From a bacterium (GTDB lineage Bacteria > Patescibacteriota > Minisyncoccia > Phycocordibacterales > Phycocordibacteraceae), in NCBI GenBank assembly GCA_021778295.1, contig JAJYCP010000004.1, positions 1 through 37,703 of the forward strand: a stretch of 37,703 nucleotides of DNA, in the 5' to 3' direction. The notes beneath the pieces were generated by a model. The model was not told the origin of the DNA. It searched no databases and saw only the letters and a program-made list of their open reading frames with translations. Shown here piece after piece: positions 17,106 through 25,741 of this stretch. The position numbers and the translations under genes are program-made. Numbering within the stretch: position 1 is the stretch's first letter; every line of letters starts with the position of its first letter.

Positions 17106-18131
17106 TTAAGAAGCGCACGGGAGCAGGATGCGAACGGTTGTTCCCTTTCCAAGGGCGCTCTCGATGTGCAACTTCCCGCCGTGCGTTTCTATCGCCTCTT
17201 TCACGATGGCGAGGCCGAGGCCGGAGCCGCTCACGAGCGCCCGCGCGCTATCGGCGCGATAAAAGGGTTCGGTGACAAACAGGAGATCTTCAGGAGCTAT
17301 TCCGCAGCCGGTATCGGTAATGTTGATTTCGAACATAGTCCCTTTTCGCCCGAGTGTTACCGAAACTTTTCCTCCCGATCCCGTATATTTAATGGCATTC
17401 TCGATGCTGTTTGCGAATGCCCGCTCCAACGCTTCTTTCGTACCGTGAACCCGTTCCTTTTCGCTGCCCACTTCAAAAAAAGAACTGAGGGAAACGTCGC
17501 GAGCGAGCGCAAGCGGCGTAAGCTTGCGCACGACTTCGGTAAGCACTGCGGTTGGCGTGACAAGCGAATCGGGATTTTTATTATTTTTGACATGCATGAT
17601 ATCAAGCAACCCGTTCGCGATGCGTGCAAGCGCATCGACTTCGTCGATATTCTTTTTCAGAAGTTCTTTCGTATCGTCAATCGTTGCGGAATGATCCCGC
17701 AATAACACTTCGCTATCGGTCTTCATGATGGTGAGCGGCGTACGTAATTCATGCGCGGCATCCGCAAGGAAACGGCGCTCGCGCGCGCGAGATTCTCTGA
17801 GAGGGCGAAGCGTGAGGCTTGTGAGGAAAAATACTGCAACGACAACGACAAGAAGCACGATGCCGTCGAGAGTAAGCAGTTGGGTTTGGAGCACGTCTGC
17901 GACCTGTTTCAGTGCAATTTGCTGGGCGGCATCCGTTGCGAAGTTCCCTTCGAGGGAATTTGCGATGCCGTTCATGAGCACTCCGTAGAGCAGGTAGCTG
18001 AATAGTCCGAGAATGACACTGGCCGTCGCCGCATAGATACCCGTGAGCGCAAGGCGCGCGGAGAAGAACTCGTCACGCTTCCAGTTTGTAGCCAATGCCG
18101 CGAATCGTTTTGATGCCGGTATGTGCGTCAT
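17106..18131 (-). CDS. Sensor histidine kinase (HisKA + HATPase_c, two TM helices)
   Basis: FLADAAHELRTPL, NAIKYT, DTGCGI, FYRAD and GSGLGLAI motifs; the start may be 18143. Confidence 0.92.
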   Translation of the reverse strand: MTHIPASKRFAALATNWKRDEFFSARLALTGIYAATASVILGLFSYLLYGVLMNGIANSLEGNFATDAAQQIALKQVADVLQTQLLTLDGIVLLVVVVAVFFLTSLTLRPLRESRARERRFLADAAHELRTPLTIMKTDSEVLLRDHSATIDDTKELLKKNIDEVDALARIANGLLDIMHVKNNKNPDSLVTPTAVLTEVVRKLTPLALARDVSLSSFFEVGSEKERVHGTKEALERAFANSIENAIKYTGSGGKVSVTLGRKGTMFEINITDTGCGIAPEDLLFVTEPFYRADSARALVSGSGLGLAIVKEAIETHGGKLHIESALGKGTTVRILLPCAS

Positions 18132-18741
18132 GTAGTTTCCCACGAAGATTTTTTATATGCACATCGACCGTATTGCTAAAGGATGAGTCGGCAAAATCCC
18201 ACGCATGCGCATAGAGCGTATCACGGGTTACCGCTTCGCCCTCATGCCGCATGAGATACTCGAGCACCATGAACTCTTTTAACGTGAGGATAAGCGGCTG
18301 GCCGTTGAGCAGAATTACATGTCCCTGGATATCCAGGGTCAGATCCCCGACGCCCAGGGTAGACAGCTGCCGGGCCGGTTCGCGACGCAAGAGCGCGCGA
18401 ATGCGCGCAATGAGTTCATCAAATGCAAATGGTTTTGCAAGATAATCATCGGCGCCTGCGTTTAATCCTTCCACGGTTTCTTCGGTCATGCCGCGTGCGG
18501 TGAGCATGAGCACCGGCAAGTAAATCCCCTCCGCCCTCCACGCGCGGCACACCGCAGTGCCGTCTTTCCCGGGAAGCATGACGTCAAGCAGTACGAGGTC
18601 ATACTCCTGCCGATTGACACTGATCCGCCGCTCGGCCTCCCTGCCGTCATATACACAGTCAACCGCGTAGCCTTCCTGTTCAAGCCCTCGTTTGAGGCTT
18701 GTGGCGAGCTTTTGATTATCTTCGACGACAAGAATTTTCAC
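18073..18741 (-). CDS. OmpR/PhoB-family response regulator
   Basis: KILVVED, LLDVMLPGKDG, GADDYLAKPF, NTVDVHIKNLR and TIRGIGY motifs; GTG 18741 or ATG 18756 start. Confidence 0.93.
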   Translation of the reverse strand: MKILVVEDNQKLATSLKRGLEQEGYAVDCVYDGREAERRISVNRQEYDLVLLDVMLPGKDGTAVCRAWRAEGIYLPVLMLTARGMTEETVEGLNAGADDYLAKPFAFDELIARIRALLRREPARQLSTLGVGDLTLDIQGHVILLNGQPLILTLKEFMVLEYLMRHEGEAVTRDTLYAHAWDFADSSFSNTVDVHIKNLRGKLHDAHTGIKTIRGIGYKLEA

Positions 18742-18763
18742 TTGGATACGGTACATCAATTGT

Positions 18764-18780
18764 ATGAAGAAGTCATGAAG
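18764..18780 (-). promoter_or_regulatory. Putative OmpR-type binding site CTTCAT-N5-CTTCAT
   Basis: Direct hexamer repeat with 11-bp period just upstream of the regulator's weak -10 (TACCGT). Confidence 0.55.
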
Positions 18781-18824
18781 TCCTTTCGTGCCACGCCCCT
18801 CGCGGGGGTTTGAGAAGGGTTCTA
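18781..18824. repeat. Solo end of the palindromic element
   Basis: The reverse complement of 18796..18824 matches 16351..16379 at 25/29 positions without gaps; similarity continues to GAAAGGA. Confidence 0.7.
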
Positions 18825-18855
18825 ATATGACGTCCTTTGCATGAGCACTAGAGGG

Positions 18856-18926
18856 TGCGGGTACCGGGAATCGAACCCGGGTCTCAACCTTGGGAAGGTC
18901 GCATTCTGCCACTAAACCATACCCGC
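18856..18926 (-). tRNA. tRNA-Gly(CCC)
   Basis: GCGGGTA/TACCCGC stem, loop TTCCCAA; discriminator A; CCA not encoded. Confidence 0.95.
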
Positions 18927-18936
18927 TCCTATTTCT

Positions 18937-19272
18937 TCAGAACCAGCTCCAGAAACGCTGCCACCAGGTCGGCGTCGCGGTCGGCGTCGCGGTCGGCGTC
19001 ACCACCACGATAACCTCTTCCCCGGGTCGCGCAACCCCGAATGCGGTTCGAATGGCCGCATCCTGTCCATGAGCTGTTTTAAGCGCGGCAAGATTCGCTT
19101 CGAGCGTCGTTTTCCGCTTTTCGAGTGCCTGATACTGCCACTGCACGTCGTGCGCTTGAGACACCGCAACTTGGGCTTTTTCGACGAGCCCCCAGATACT
19201 CGACAAAAGCCAAAAAATAACGAGTAAAAGCACCCCTATGATAATCCCTTGCCGCATTTGTCTTGCGCGCAT
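18937..19272 (-). CDS. FtsB/DivIC-like septum formation initiator
   Basis: TM helix, coiled coil, then IRTAFGVARPGEEVIVV. Confidence 0.65.
   Translation of the reverse strand: MRARQMRQGIIIGVLLLVIFWLLSSIWGLVEKAQVAVSQAHDVQWQYQALEKRKTTLEANLAALKTAHGQDAAIRTAFGVARPGEEVIVVVTPTATPTATPTWWQRFWSWF
18967..19000. repeat. 12-bp in-frame tandem repeat (GGTCGGCGTCGC, about 2.8 copies)
   Basis: Encodes TPTATPTATPT near the C-terminus of the FtsB-like protein. Confidence 0.8.
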
Positions 19273-19312
19273 GGTTTCCAGTATAACGCAGCGGACAAGA
19301 GAGCGATAACCG

Positions 19313-21130
19313 CTACCGATCGCTCTCTTGCACCATCTTCATGAAGACTTCCTCGGGAATGTTTACCTTGCCTTTGCCGCGTTCGAGCATTTTCTTTTTC
19401 CCGCGTTTCTGCTTATCGAGAAGCTTGTTTTTACGCGATACGTCCCCGCCGTAGAGATAGCCCGTGACATCCTTTCGCATCGCCGAGAGCGTTCTGGACG
19501 CTATGATGCGTCCCTGCGATCTTGCCTGGATCTTAGTCACAAAAAGCTGTTTCGGCAGGATCGCATACAGCCGCTCCACCATCTTCTCGGCTTCTTCCTG
19601 GACTCTGCGCCGCGCGACAACACGCGCAAATGCCGGTACTGGCTCCTCGGCGACGAGCACATCGAGCCGTACGACGTCTGCCGGACGTTCGCTCATGAGT
19701 TCGTACGAGAGCGATGCGTAGCCCGAAGAAATATTTTTCAACGTATCGAAAAAACCGCGCATGAGCTCCCGGAGCGGCATCTCTACCATCATTTCGATGC
19801 GTCCGTCCTGATGGGTCTCGGTCGCGAGTGTCCGCGCCTCATGCTCGTACAGCACCTGGATGAGCGCGCTCAACGCGTCCGGCGGCGTAATGATAGTGAC
19901 TTTCGCCCACGGCTCCTCGATTTTCGCGATAGTGCCATGCTCGGGAAATTTTGCAGGCGTATAGACGATCTCGCGCGCGCCGCTTGTGCTGGTGACCGTA
20001 TAGGAAATGGTCGGGATGGTAACGATGAGCGAAAGGGCGAATTCGCGCTTCAGGCGCTCGGTGATTATCTCAAGATGCAAGAGCCCGAGGAAGCCGCACC
20101 GGAATCCTCTTCCCAGCACGCCGGAAGATTCCTCCTCGAAAGAAAGCGAGGAGTCGGAAAGGCGCAGGCGCAGGAGCGATTGCCGCAGGAGCGGAAGGTC
20201 ATCCTGGCTTTCCGGGTATAGTGAGGCCCAGACGACCGGGCGCGGACGCCCATAACCGGGTAATGCCGGCAGGCTCCCTCTTGCGGCCCCGATAGTGTCG
20301 CCGACCGCGACGATGCCCGGTTCTTTGATGCCCGTCACGACATAACCGATTTCTCCTTCCGAAAGCGAGTTGGTGGAAGTTTCTTCAGGCGCAAAGATGC
20401 CTGTTTCAAGCGCGGTGAAATTTTTCCCCGCAGCGCGAAACGTAAGCGGCTGGCCCTTTCTGAAGATACCGTCAAAGACGCGCAAAAATACCGTGACGCC
20501 GCGGTGCGTCGAATAGGAAAAATCGAAAATGAGGCCTCGCGGTTCCGTGCCGGAACCGGGCGCGAAACTGCGGGGTGCCGGTATGCGGCTCACGATCGCT
20601 TCAAGGAGCTCGTCAACGCCTGCGCCTGTCTTCCCCGACACGGCACATACTTCTTCTTTCGATACGTGGAGAAGATGTGCCAGCTCGCGGACGACTTCCT
20701 CCACGCGCGCGGCGGGAGAATCGATTTTTGAGACAACCGGAATGATCGCGCATTTCTGCGCCTGTGCCGCCGCGAGCGTCGTCAGCGTTTGCGCCTGTAC
20801 GCCTTGCGTTGAATCAACAAGAAGGAGTACTCCTTCGACCGCCTTCAGGGCCCGAGAAACTTCGTAGGAAAAATCGATGTGGCCCGGAGTATCAATGAGG
20901 TTCAGGACATATTCCGTCGATCCGTCTCGGGCGCGATAGTGCATGCGCACGGGCTGCATTTTTATAGTTATGCCGCGCTCTCGCTCGAGATCCATGCGAT
21001 CGAGCACCTGATCGCGCATCAAACGCGCCGGAATAGTCCCGGTGCGCTCGAGGAGTCGGTCTGCAAGCGTCGACTTCCCGTGGTCGACGTGCGCAATGAT
21101 GGAAAAATTACGGATATGTTCTGGGTTCAC
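19313..21130 (-). CDS. lepA: Translation elongation factor 4 (LepA)
   Basis: IRNFSIIAHVDHGKSTLADR, ERERGITIK, DTPGHIDF, GFRCGFLGLLH and YGGDVSRKNKLL motifs. Confidence 0.96.
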   Translation of the reverse strand: MNPEHIRNFSIIAHVDHGKSTLADRLLERTGTIPARLMRDQVLDRMDLERERGITIKMQPVRMHYRARDGSTEYVLNLIDTPGHIDFSYEVSRALKAVEGVLLLVDSTQGVQAQTLTTLAAAQAQKCAIIPVVSKIDSPAARVEEVVRELAHLLHVSKEEVCAVSGKTGAGVDELLEAIVSRIPAPRSFAPGSGTEPRGLIFDFSYSTHRGVTVFLRVFDGIFRKGQPLTFRAAGKNFTALETGIFAPEETSTNSLSEGEIGYVVTGIKEPGIVAVGDTIGAARGSLPALPGYGRPRPVVWASLYPESQDDLPLLRQSLLRLRLSDSSLSFEEESSGVLGRGFRCGFLGLLHLEIITERLKREFALSLIVTIPTISYTVTSTSGAREIVYTPAKFPEHGTIAKIEEPWAKVTIITPPDALSALIQVLYEHEARTLATETHQDGRIEMMVEMPLRELMRGFFDTLKNISSGYASLSYELMSERPADVVRLDVLVAEEPVPAFARVVARRRVQEEAEKMVERLYAILPKQLFVTKIQARSQGRIIASRTLSAMRKDVTGYLYGGDVSRKNKLLDKQKRGKKKMLERGKGKVNIPEEVFMKMVQESDR

Positions 21131-22809
21131 GGTTGTGCCGGTTCGTCGGCGGAAGGTGCCAGAACAGCGACTCGTCCGCTCCTTGAGCGCACGAGCCTGT
21201 CCAACGCATTTACCATAACGCTAAATTCTTCGTTTTTCACGACGAGGAGCACAAGTGTCGCAACGGCAAGGCCCACCATACCCGCGATAAATCCTTGTGT
21301 TAGGACGGATGCAAGCGTCGTCAGAGGCGCGATACCGCCCTCAATCGCAAGAACGACGTGGGCCGCTGTACCGCCGAAAAGAGCTGCGGCGAACCCGTCT
21401 CGAAGCGGGCGCAAGAGCGTCCGCGAGAGCCCCGGAGCGACGCTATGAAGTGCATACAATGAGAGGATGGCGAGAAATATCTGGCCGAGCGTCGCGGCAA
21501 GGGCGAGAAGCAGAATATCGGTCCCGGGCACATTGCCGACACGCAAGAAAGTAGCGAGCATGGAAGGGAGTCCCGTTTTCGGCAAAAGGAGAAACCCGAT
21601 CGCGAGAAACGCGGTGAGTACGCCGCCGGCGAGCTGATAGAAAAGCGGCCGCCATGACTGCCGTACCGCATAGAGCGCACGCGAGAAAAGGAGGACGAGC
21701 CCTTGCGCGACCAATCCCACGGCAAGGATTGCCAGGAGCGCCGCAGTGAGACGCGTCGCACCCCAGTCAAATGCGCCGGTTCCAAGGATCACACGCACGA
21801 TATGCGCGCGCAGGACGATAATGAGCCCGAGAAACACTATCGACCAGAGGATGATGTGTCGTGCGCTTGCCGAGAGAATCCCGGTAAACTCGGCGCGGCG
21901 CTCAAGTGCCGATGCTTCGGAAAGCGCCGGGAATGCCGCTACGGCGTATGAACCGCCGATGAGCGCGAGCGGGACCGCTTCGAGATTGCCGGCGAGCGTG
22001 AAGACGGACACCGCGCCCGTGCCGAGCCGCGAAGCGAGTGCGGTAAGCACGAGCGCGGTAATCGAGCCCATACCAAGTGCGAGCGAACGCGGCACGGAAT
22101 CGCGCACGATTGGCACTATGCGCGCAAGAGTCGGCGGCCGCAGGCGCGGCATTACGCCCGCATGCATCACGACCGGAATATGCACCACGAGATACGCGAG
22201 CGCGCCCATGACGACACCTGCGCCGATTCCCGGGAGACCGAAACGCGGGTACAGGAAGAGTATGCCGAAGATGATGCCGAGATTGTAGAGCACGGGCGAG
22301 AGCGCGAAGATGAAGAATCGCCGGTGCACCTGCGTCACGCTCGCGAGTACGCCGGAAAGCCCGAGCAGTATGGGCTGCAGAAGCAGGATGCGCGCGAGCA
22401 GCACGAATTCCGCCTGATGCGCCGATGTGGCGAGATCCGGATACAGCAGCGCCAGCAGTTGCGGCATGAAGACCGCAAGTACCACGCAAATCGTGCCGCC
22501 GACACCGAGCAAGAATGATGCCGACTCAGAGAGAAGCTTCCGCGTCGTTTCCCTATCCATTCCCGTAATGCGGGGAATGATGACGTACGCGCTCACGAGC
22601 GAGGAAACGAGAGCGAACACGAGATCCGGAACGCGGAATGCCGCGTAATAGAGGTCGAGCACCGGCCCCGCTCCGAATGTGTGCGCGAAAGTACGATCGC
22701 GCAGGAGTGCGAGGGCTTGCGAGGCGAAGGTGAGCGCTGCGAGCAAATACGCGGCCTGGTGCAGGCCGCGTACTGGTGCCGCAATGCGATTAAGAAGCTT
22801 CCGAACCAT
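21127..22809 (-). CDS. murJ: Lipid II flippase MurJ/MviN
   Basis: LLRDR..A..FGAG..LDLYYAAFRVPD and ALSPVLYNLGII motifs; many TM helices; 4-nt overlap with lepA. Confidence 0.88.
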   Translation of the reverse strand: MVRKLLNRIAAPVRGLHQAAYLLAALTFASQALALLRDRTFAHTFGAGPVLDLYYAAFRVPDLVFALVSSLVSAYVIIPRITGMDRETTRKLLSESASFLLGVGGTICVVLAVFMPQLLALLYPDLATSAHQAEFVLLARILLLQPILLGLSGVLASVTQVHRRFFIFALSPVLYNLGIIFGILFLYPRFGLPGIGAGVVMGALAYLVVHIPVVMHAGVMPRLRPPTLARIVPIVRDSVPRSLALGMGSITALVLTALASRLGTGAVSVFTLAGNLEAVPLALIGGSYAVAAFPALSEASALERRAEFTGILSASARHIILWSIVFLGLIIVLRAHIVRVILGTGAFDWGATRLTAALLAILAVGLVAQGLVLLFSRALYAVRQSWRPLFYQLAGGVLTAFLAIGFLLLPKTGLPSMLATFLRVGNVPGTDILLLALAATLGQIFLAILSLYALHSVAPGLSRTLLRPLRDGFAAALFGGTAAHVVLAIEGGIAPLTTLASVLTQGFIAGMVGLAVATLVLLVVKNEEFSVMVNALDRLVRSRSGRVAVLAPSADEPAQP

Positions 22810-22832
22810 CCCTTATATGGTATCACCCCTGC

Positions 22833-25205
22833 TTACTTCACCGGTGTCGAGGATGCTGAGAGAAGATTCGCGGGGAATGGATCTTGGTTCTTTTGCAGTG
22901 CCGTGATCTGCGCCCCAACCGCTTTTGCATTGCTTGCTGAGAAATCCGCAATGGCCTGCAGCTGTGCGAGTGCATTTTTGTAATCGTTCTGTTTTGCATA
23001 CACGGCCGCAAGGAAGTAGCGCGCATTCGCAAACTGAGGATTTGCGGCGACCGCTCCCGAAAGTGCGGCGGTAGCGCCGGCGAGATCGCCCTCGGCGGCG
23101 CTCAAGATGCCGACCTGGAAGAGGATGTTCGGATTGTTCGGTGTGAAGTAGGCGGCAGCTTCTGCGGATGCGAGAGCGCCTTTCACGTTGCCGTCCTGAA
23201 CCTCAAGTTGCGAGAGGAGGAAAATTGCCGCTGTATAATCCTGCTTCAACGCAATGGCGGATTTCAAGTCGGTCTCGGCTGCGGCGGTGTCACCGTTTGC
23301 AATGTTGAGCTGCGCGATGATGTACGGTATCTGCGGATCCGTCGGATTGAGGGCCTGCGCTTTCTCATAGGCGGTGTTTGCGCTCGCGTAGGCGCCGGAA
23401 ATCTTCAAGGGTACCGCCTGTGCGTAAAGATTCCCGAGCATGAGCCAATTTCGGTAGTCGGAGGGCGCGAGATTTGCCGCAGTGAGAGCCGCATTGATGC
23501 CGGAGGAGAGTGATGCTTGGAATTGCTGTTGCGCGGCGGTTTTTGATATCGTTGAAGAAGCAACTATCTGTCCGAGGCGTGCGGTGGCGACGCCGGCTTC
23601 GATTTGATAAGCGGCCGCGCTCGGTGCGAACGAGATAGAGTTCTGTGCTGCCTGGTCGGCCGCATTGAGATTGCCGGCAGCAAACGCGTTCTCCGCTTTT
23701 GTAAGCTCAGTTGCGGCTATGTAGTGTCCGACGAGCGCATACGCGGCAACAACCGATGAGAGCAAGAGAAGCGTGAGGAAGAACACGATAACGAAACCGA
23801 GGCGAGGACTGCGTGCGAACAGCACTCCTCGCTGTCCGCTGCCAAGAGCGAAGCGTGTCGTCGACACGAAGAGACCCGCGAAGACGAAAGCGAGAACGAG
23901 AATCACCGTGTTTGGCAGACCGAACACCGCGGTGGTAAAGAGGTAGAGCATCGCGACAAACGACAGTATCGCGACGTAACGGGTAAAGGCATCCTGCGGC
24001 GCCCGCAAAATAAGCATGCGCAGACCGAATACGAGAAGCAGCCCAAAAAAGGCAATCCACGCAAAGGCCCCCACAAGGCCGGTCGTCACGAACGAGGTCG
24101 GGATGAATCCGATGCCGGAGGCGAAGTCGACGTTCCAAAAGACGGTCGAGTTGAGCGCCGCGTCACGATACTTGAGCCACTCGACGCCAAAGGTGCCCGG
24201 ACCGGAGCCGAAGATTGGAGCCGTGGCGTACACGTTATGCCCAACCGAGAGCGTTGACTGCAAAGACGGACGGACGGAGAGCAGGTTTACATGGAGCGCG
24301 TTTGCTAAAGCGTTCCCGAGCGTCCCTCCCACGAGGAAAAAGAGCGAGAGAGCGAGTACCGTAAGCGGAAGAACGAGCGGGCGATGGCCTGTGTCCGTGC
24401 CGGACGGCGCTTCGCTTATGACGACCGTCTCGTCGAGATCGGTATCTGCGGCTTCCGGACCGCGATGCATCACCGCCTCAACGAAGAGGCCGAGTGAAAC
24501 GAGGGCAATCAGGGTCCAGATGAATGAAGAGTTCGCAACCGCAAGCAGCGCGAGCGCGAGAACACCGCTGGCAAGAAGCGCTCGATGCGCGCGCTCCGGA
24601 AGCTCGAGGAAGCGGAGCGTGATGAGTATGGCGACGACGCCAAGTCCAAGCAGGAATGCGAGATCGCCGAAAGAACCGACTATCGAAAATGACGGAGCGA
24701 TGAAATTCGGCGCGAACTGTCCGACGACAAGAACGAGCATTTCAAGAACGACGATGATGCTGAACACGAAAAAACCAGTGGAAAGAAAAGAACGGTAGTG
24801 TTCGGGACGCCGCAGCACGAAAGCCGTCAAGGTGGCGAGAACAGTCGCCACGAGCATGAAGCCGAGCGTATCCGGCTCAAGCATGTTCCCCCAAAGGGCG
24901 CTCATAAATGAAACTCCTGAAAATACCGCCGAAAGCGCATAAGCGGCAACCGGAAGCCATAGCGCGCCAATAAGCGCAAAAGGCGGCACAATTATGTTGC
25001 CCTTCGAAAGACGAGCGAGGATATAGAGCGCAAGCGTCACCAGCGCACCCGCGGCAAGGATGAAAGTCTTCGTCGCCGTAAATGGTACCGATGCGGACGG
25101 GATAAAGACGAACAGCGCTGCGATAAGCGTAACGTTCAGAGCCCATATGCTGAGCGTCTCGAGCGAACGGGAACGCGGGACGACGGCTGATTGCTGTAAA
25201 GACAT
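22833..25205 (-). CDS. Polytopic membrane protein (O-antigen-ligase-like) with C-terminal TPR repeats
   Basis: Many TM helices, PIFGSGPGTF loop, TPR-like helices (NPQFANARYFLA, YTAAIFLLS). Confidence 0.75.
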   Translation of the reverse strand: MSLQQSAVVPRSRSLETLSIWALNVTLIAALFVFIPSASVPFTATKTFILAAGALVTLALYILARLSKGNIIVPPFALIGALWLPVAAYALSAVFSGVSFMSALWGNMLEPDTLGFMLVATVLATLTAFVLRRPEHYRSFLSTGFFVFSIIVVLEMLVLVVGQFAPNFIAPSFSIVGSFGDLAFLLGLGVVAILITLRFLELPERAHRALLASGVLALALLAVANSSFIWTLIALVSLGLFVEAVMHRGPEAADTDLDETVVISEAPSGTDTGHRPLVLPLTVLALSLFFLVGGTLGNALANALHVNLLSVRPSLQSTLSVGHNVYATAPIFGSGPGTFGVEWLKYRDAALNSTVFWNVDFASGIGFIPTSFVTTGLVGAFAWIAFFGLLLVFGLRMLILRAPQDAFTRYVAILSFVAMLYLFTTAVFGLPNTVILVLAFVFAGLFVSTTRFALGSGQRGVLFARSPRLGFVIVFFLTLLLLSSVVAAYALVGHYIAATELTKAENAFAAGNLNAADQAAQNSISFAPSAAAYQIEAGVATARLGQIVASSTISKTAAQQQFQASLSSGINAALTAANLAPSDYRNWLMLGNLYAQAVPLKISGAYASANTAYEKAQALNPTDPQIPYIIAQLNIANGDTAAAETDLKSAIALKQDYTAAIFLLSQLEVQDGNVKGALASAEAAAYFTPNNPNILFQVGILSAAEGDLAGATAALSGAVAANPQFANARYFLAAVYAKQNDYKNALAQLQAIADFSASNAKAVGAQITALQKNQDPFPANLLSASSTPVK

Positions 25206-25295
25206 AGAATTCGTATTGAATTTATTCGGTGCTAATACCGTTCAGTATACCGTGTAGTCATACTTGTCTAGACACTCGTCCACAGAAATATAGTG

Positions 25296-25304
25296 TGGTA
25301 TAAT
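25296..25304 (+). promoter_or_regulatory. Extended -10 promoter of rnpB
   Basis: TGgTATAAT immediately before the RNA. Confidence 0.75.
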
Positions 25305-25306
25305 AT

Positions 25307-25674
25307 GGTCCGGCCGGGCCAGGTGATTGCCCCTAAAAAAATTGCGGGGAGGAAAGTCCGAACACGGCCCCGTCTTCAAGGCGGGGAGAACGGTAGCGGG
25401 TAACGCCCGCACGCCGTAAGGCGCGAGGTGCGAGCAGAGACGCTTCCGACGAAAGGCAGGAAGCGTCTTCCGGAGCGAAAGCTCCGGAAGACGAGTTCTC
25501 GAGGCGACTCGGGAGGTGAAACGGCTAAATCCTTACCTCCGTGCAAGGCCGTGTCCGTCCTTTGTGACGGAAGTGCCGCTTGAGGTTCCGAGCGATCGGG
25601 ATCCCAGATAAATAATCACCTCGGTTCTCTTCAGGGGAATCCAGACAGAATTCGGCTTATCGGCCCGGCCGATC
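25307..25674 (+). ncRNA. rnpB: RNase P RNA
   Basis: P1 CGGCCGGGCC / GGCCCGGCCG; conserved GAGGAAAGTCC and ACAGAATTCGGCTTA; also GCAGAGA, GGTGAAACGGC and GCTTGAG. Confidence 0.95.
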
Positions 25675-25715
25675 AAATGCGAAAACCCACGCTCCTGCGT
25701 GGGTTTTCGCATTTG
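25674..25715. terminator. Bidirectional terminator between rnpB and nrdJ
   Basis: Perfect 19-bp stem CAAATGCGAAAACCCACGC / GCGTGGGTTTTCGCATTTG. Confidence 0.8.
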
Positions 25716-25741
25716 CTGGTGTGAAGAAGCGCTGGAACGGC

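Noticed and set aside
18757-18912. N-terminal extension of the response regulator ORF
   Set aside because: It runs through tRNA-Gly, the repeat end and the operator; the receiver domain starts at 18741
19328-20221. Long antisense ORFs (for example 19328..20221, 24016..24798, 30427..31212, 36183..37139)
   Set aside because: They lie opposite well-supported genes in GC-rich DNA and carry no recognisable motifs
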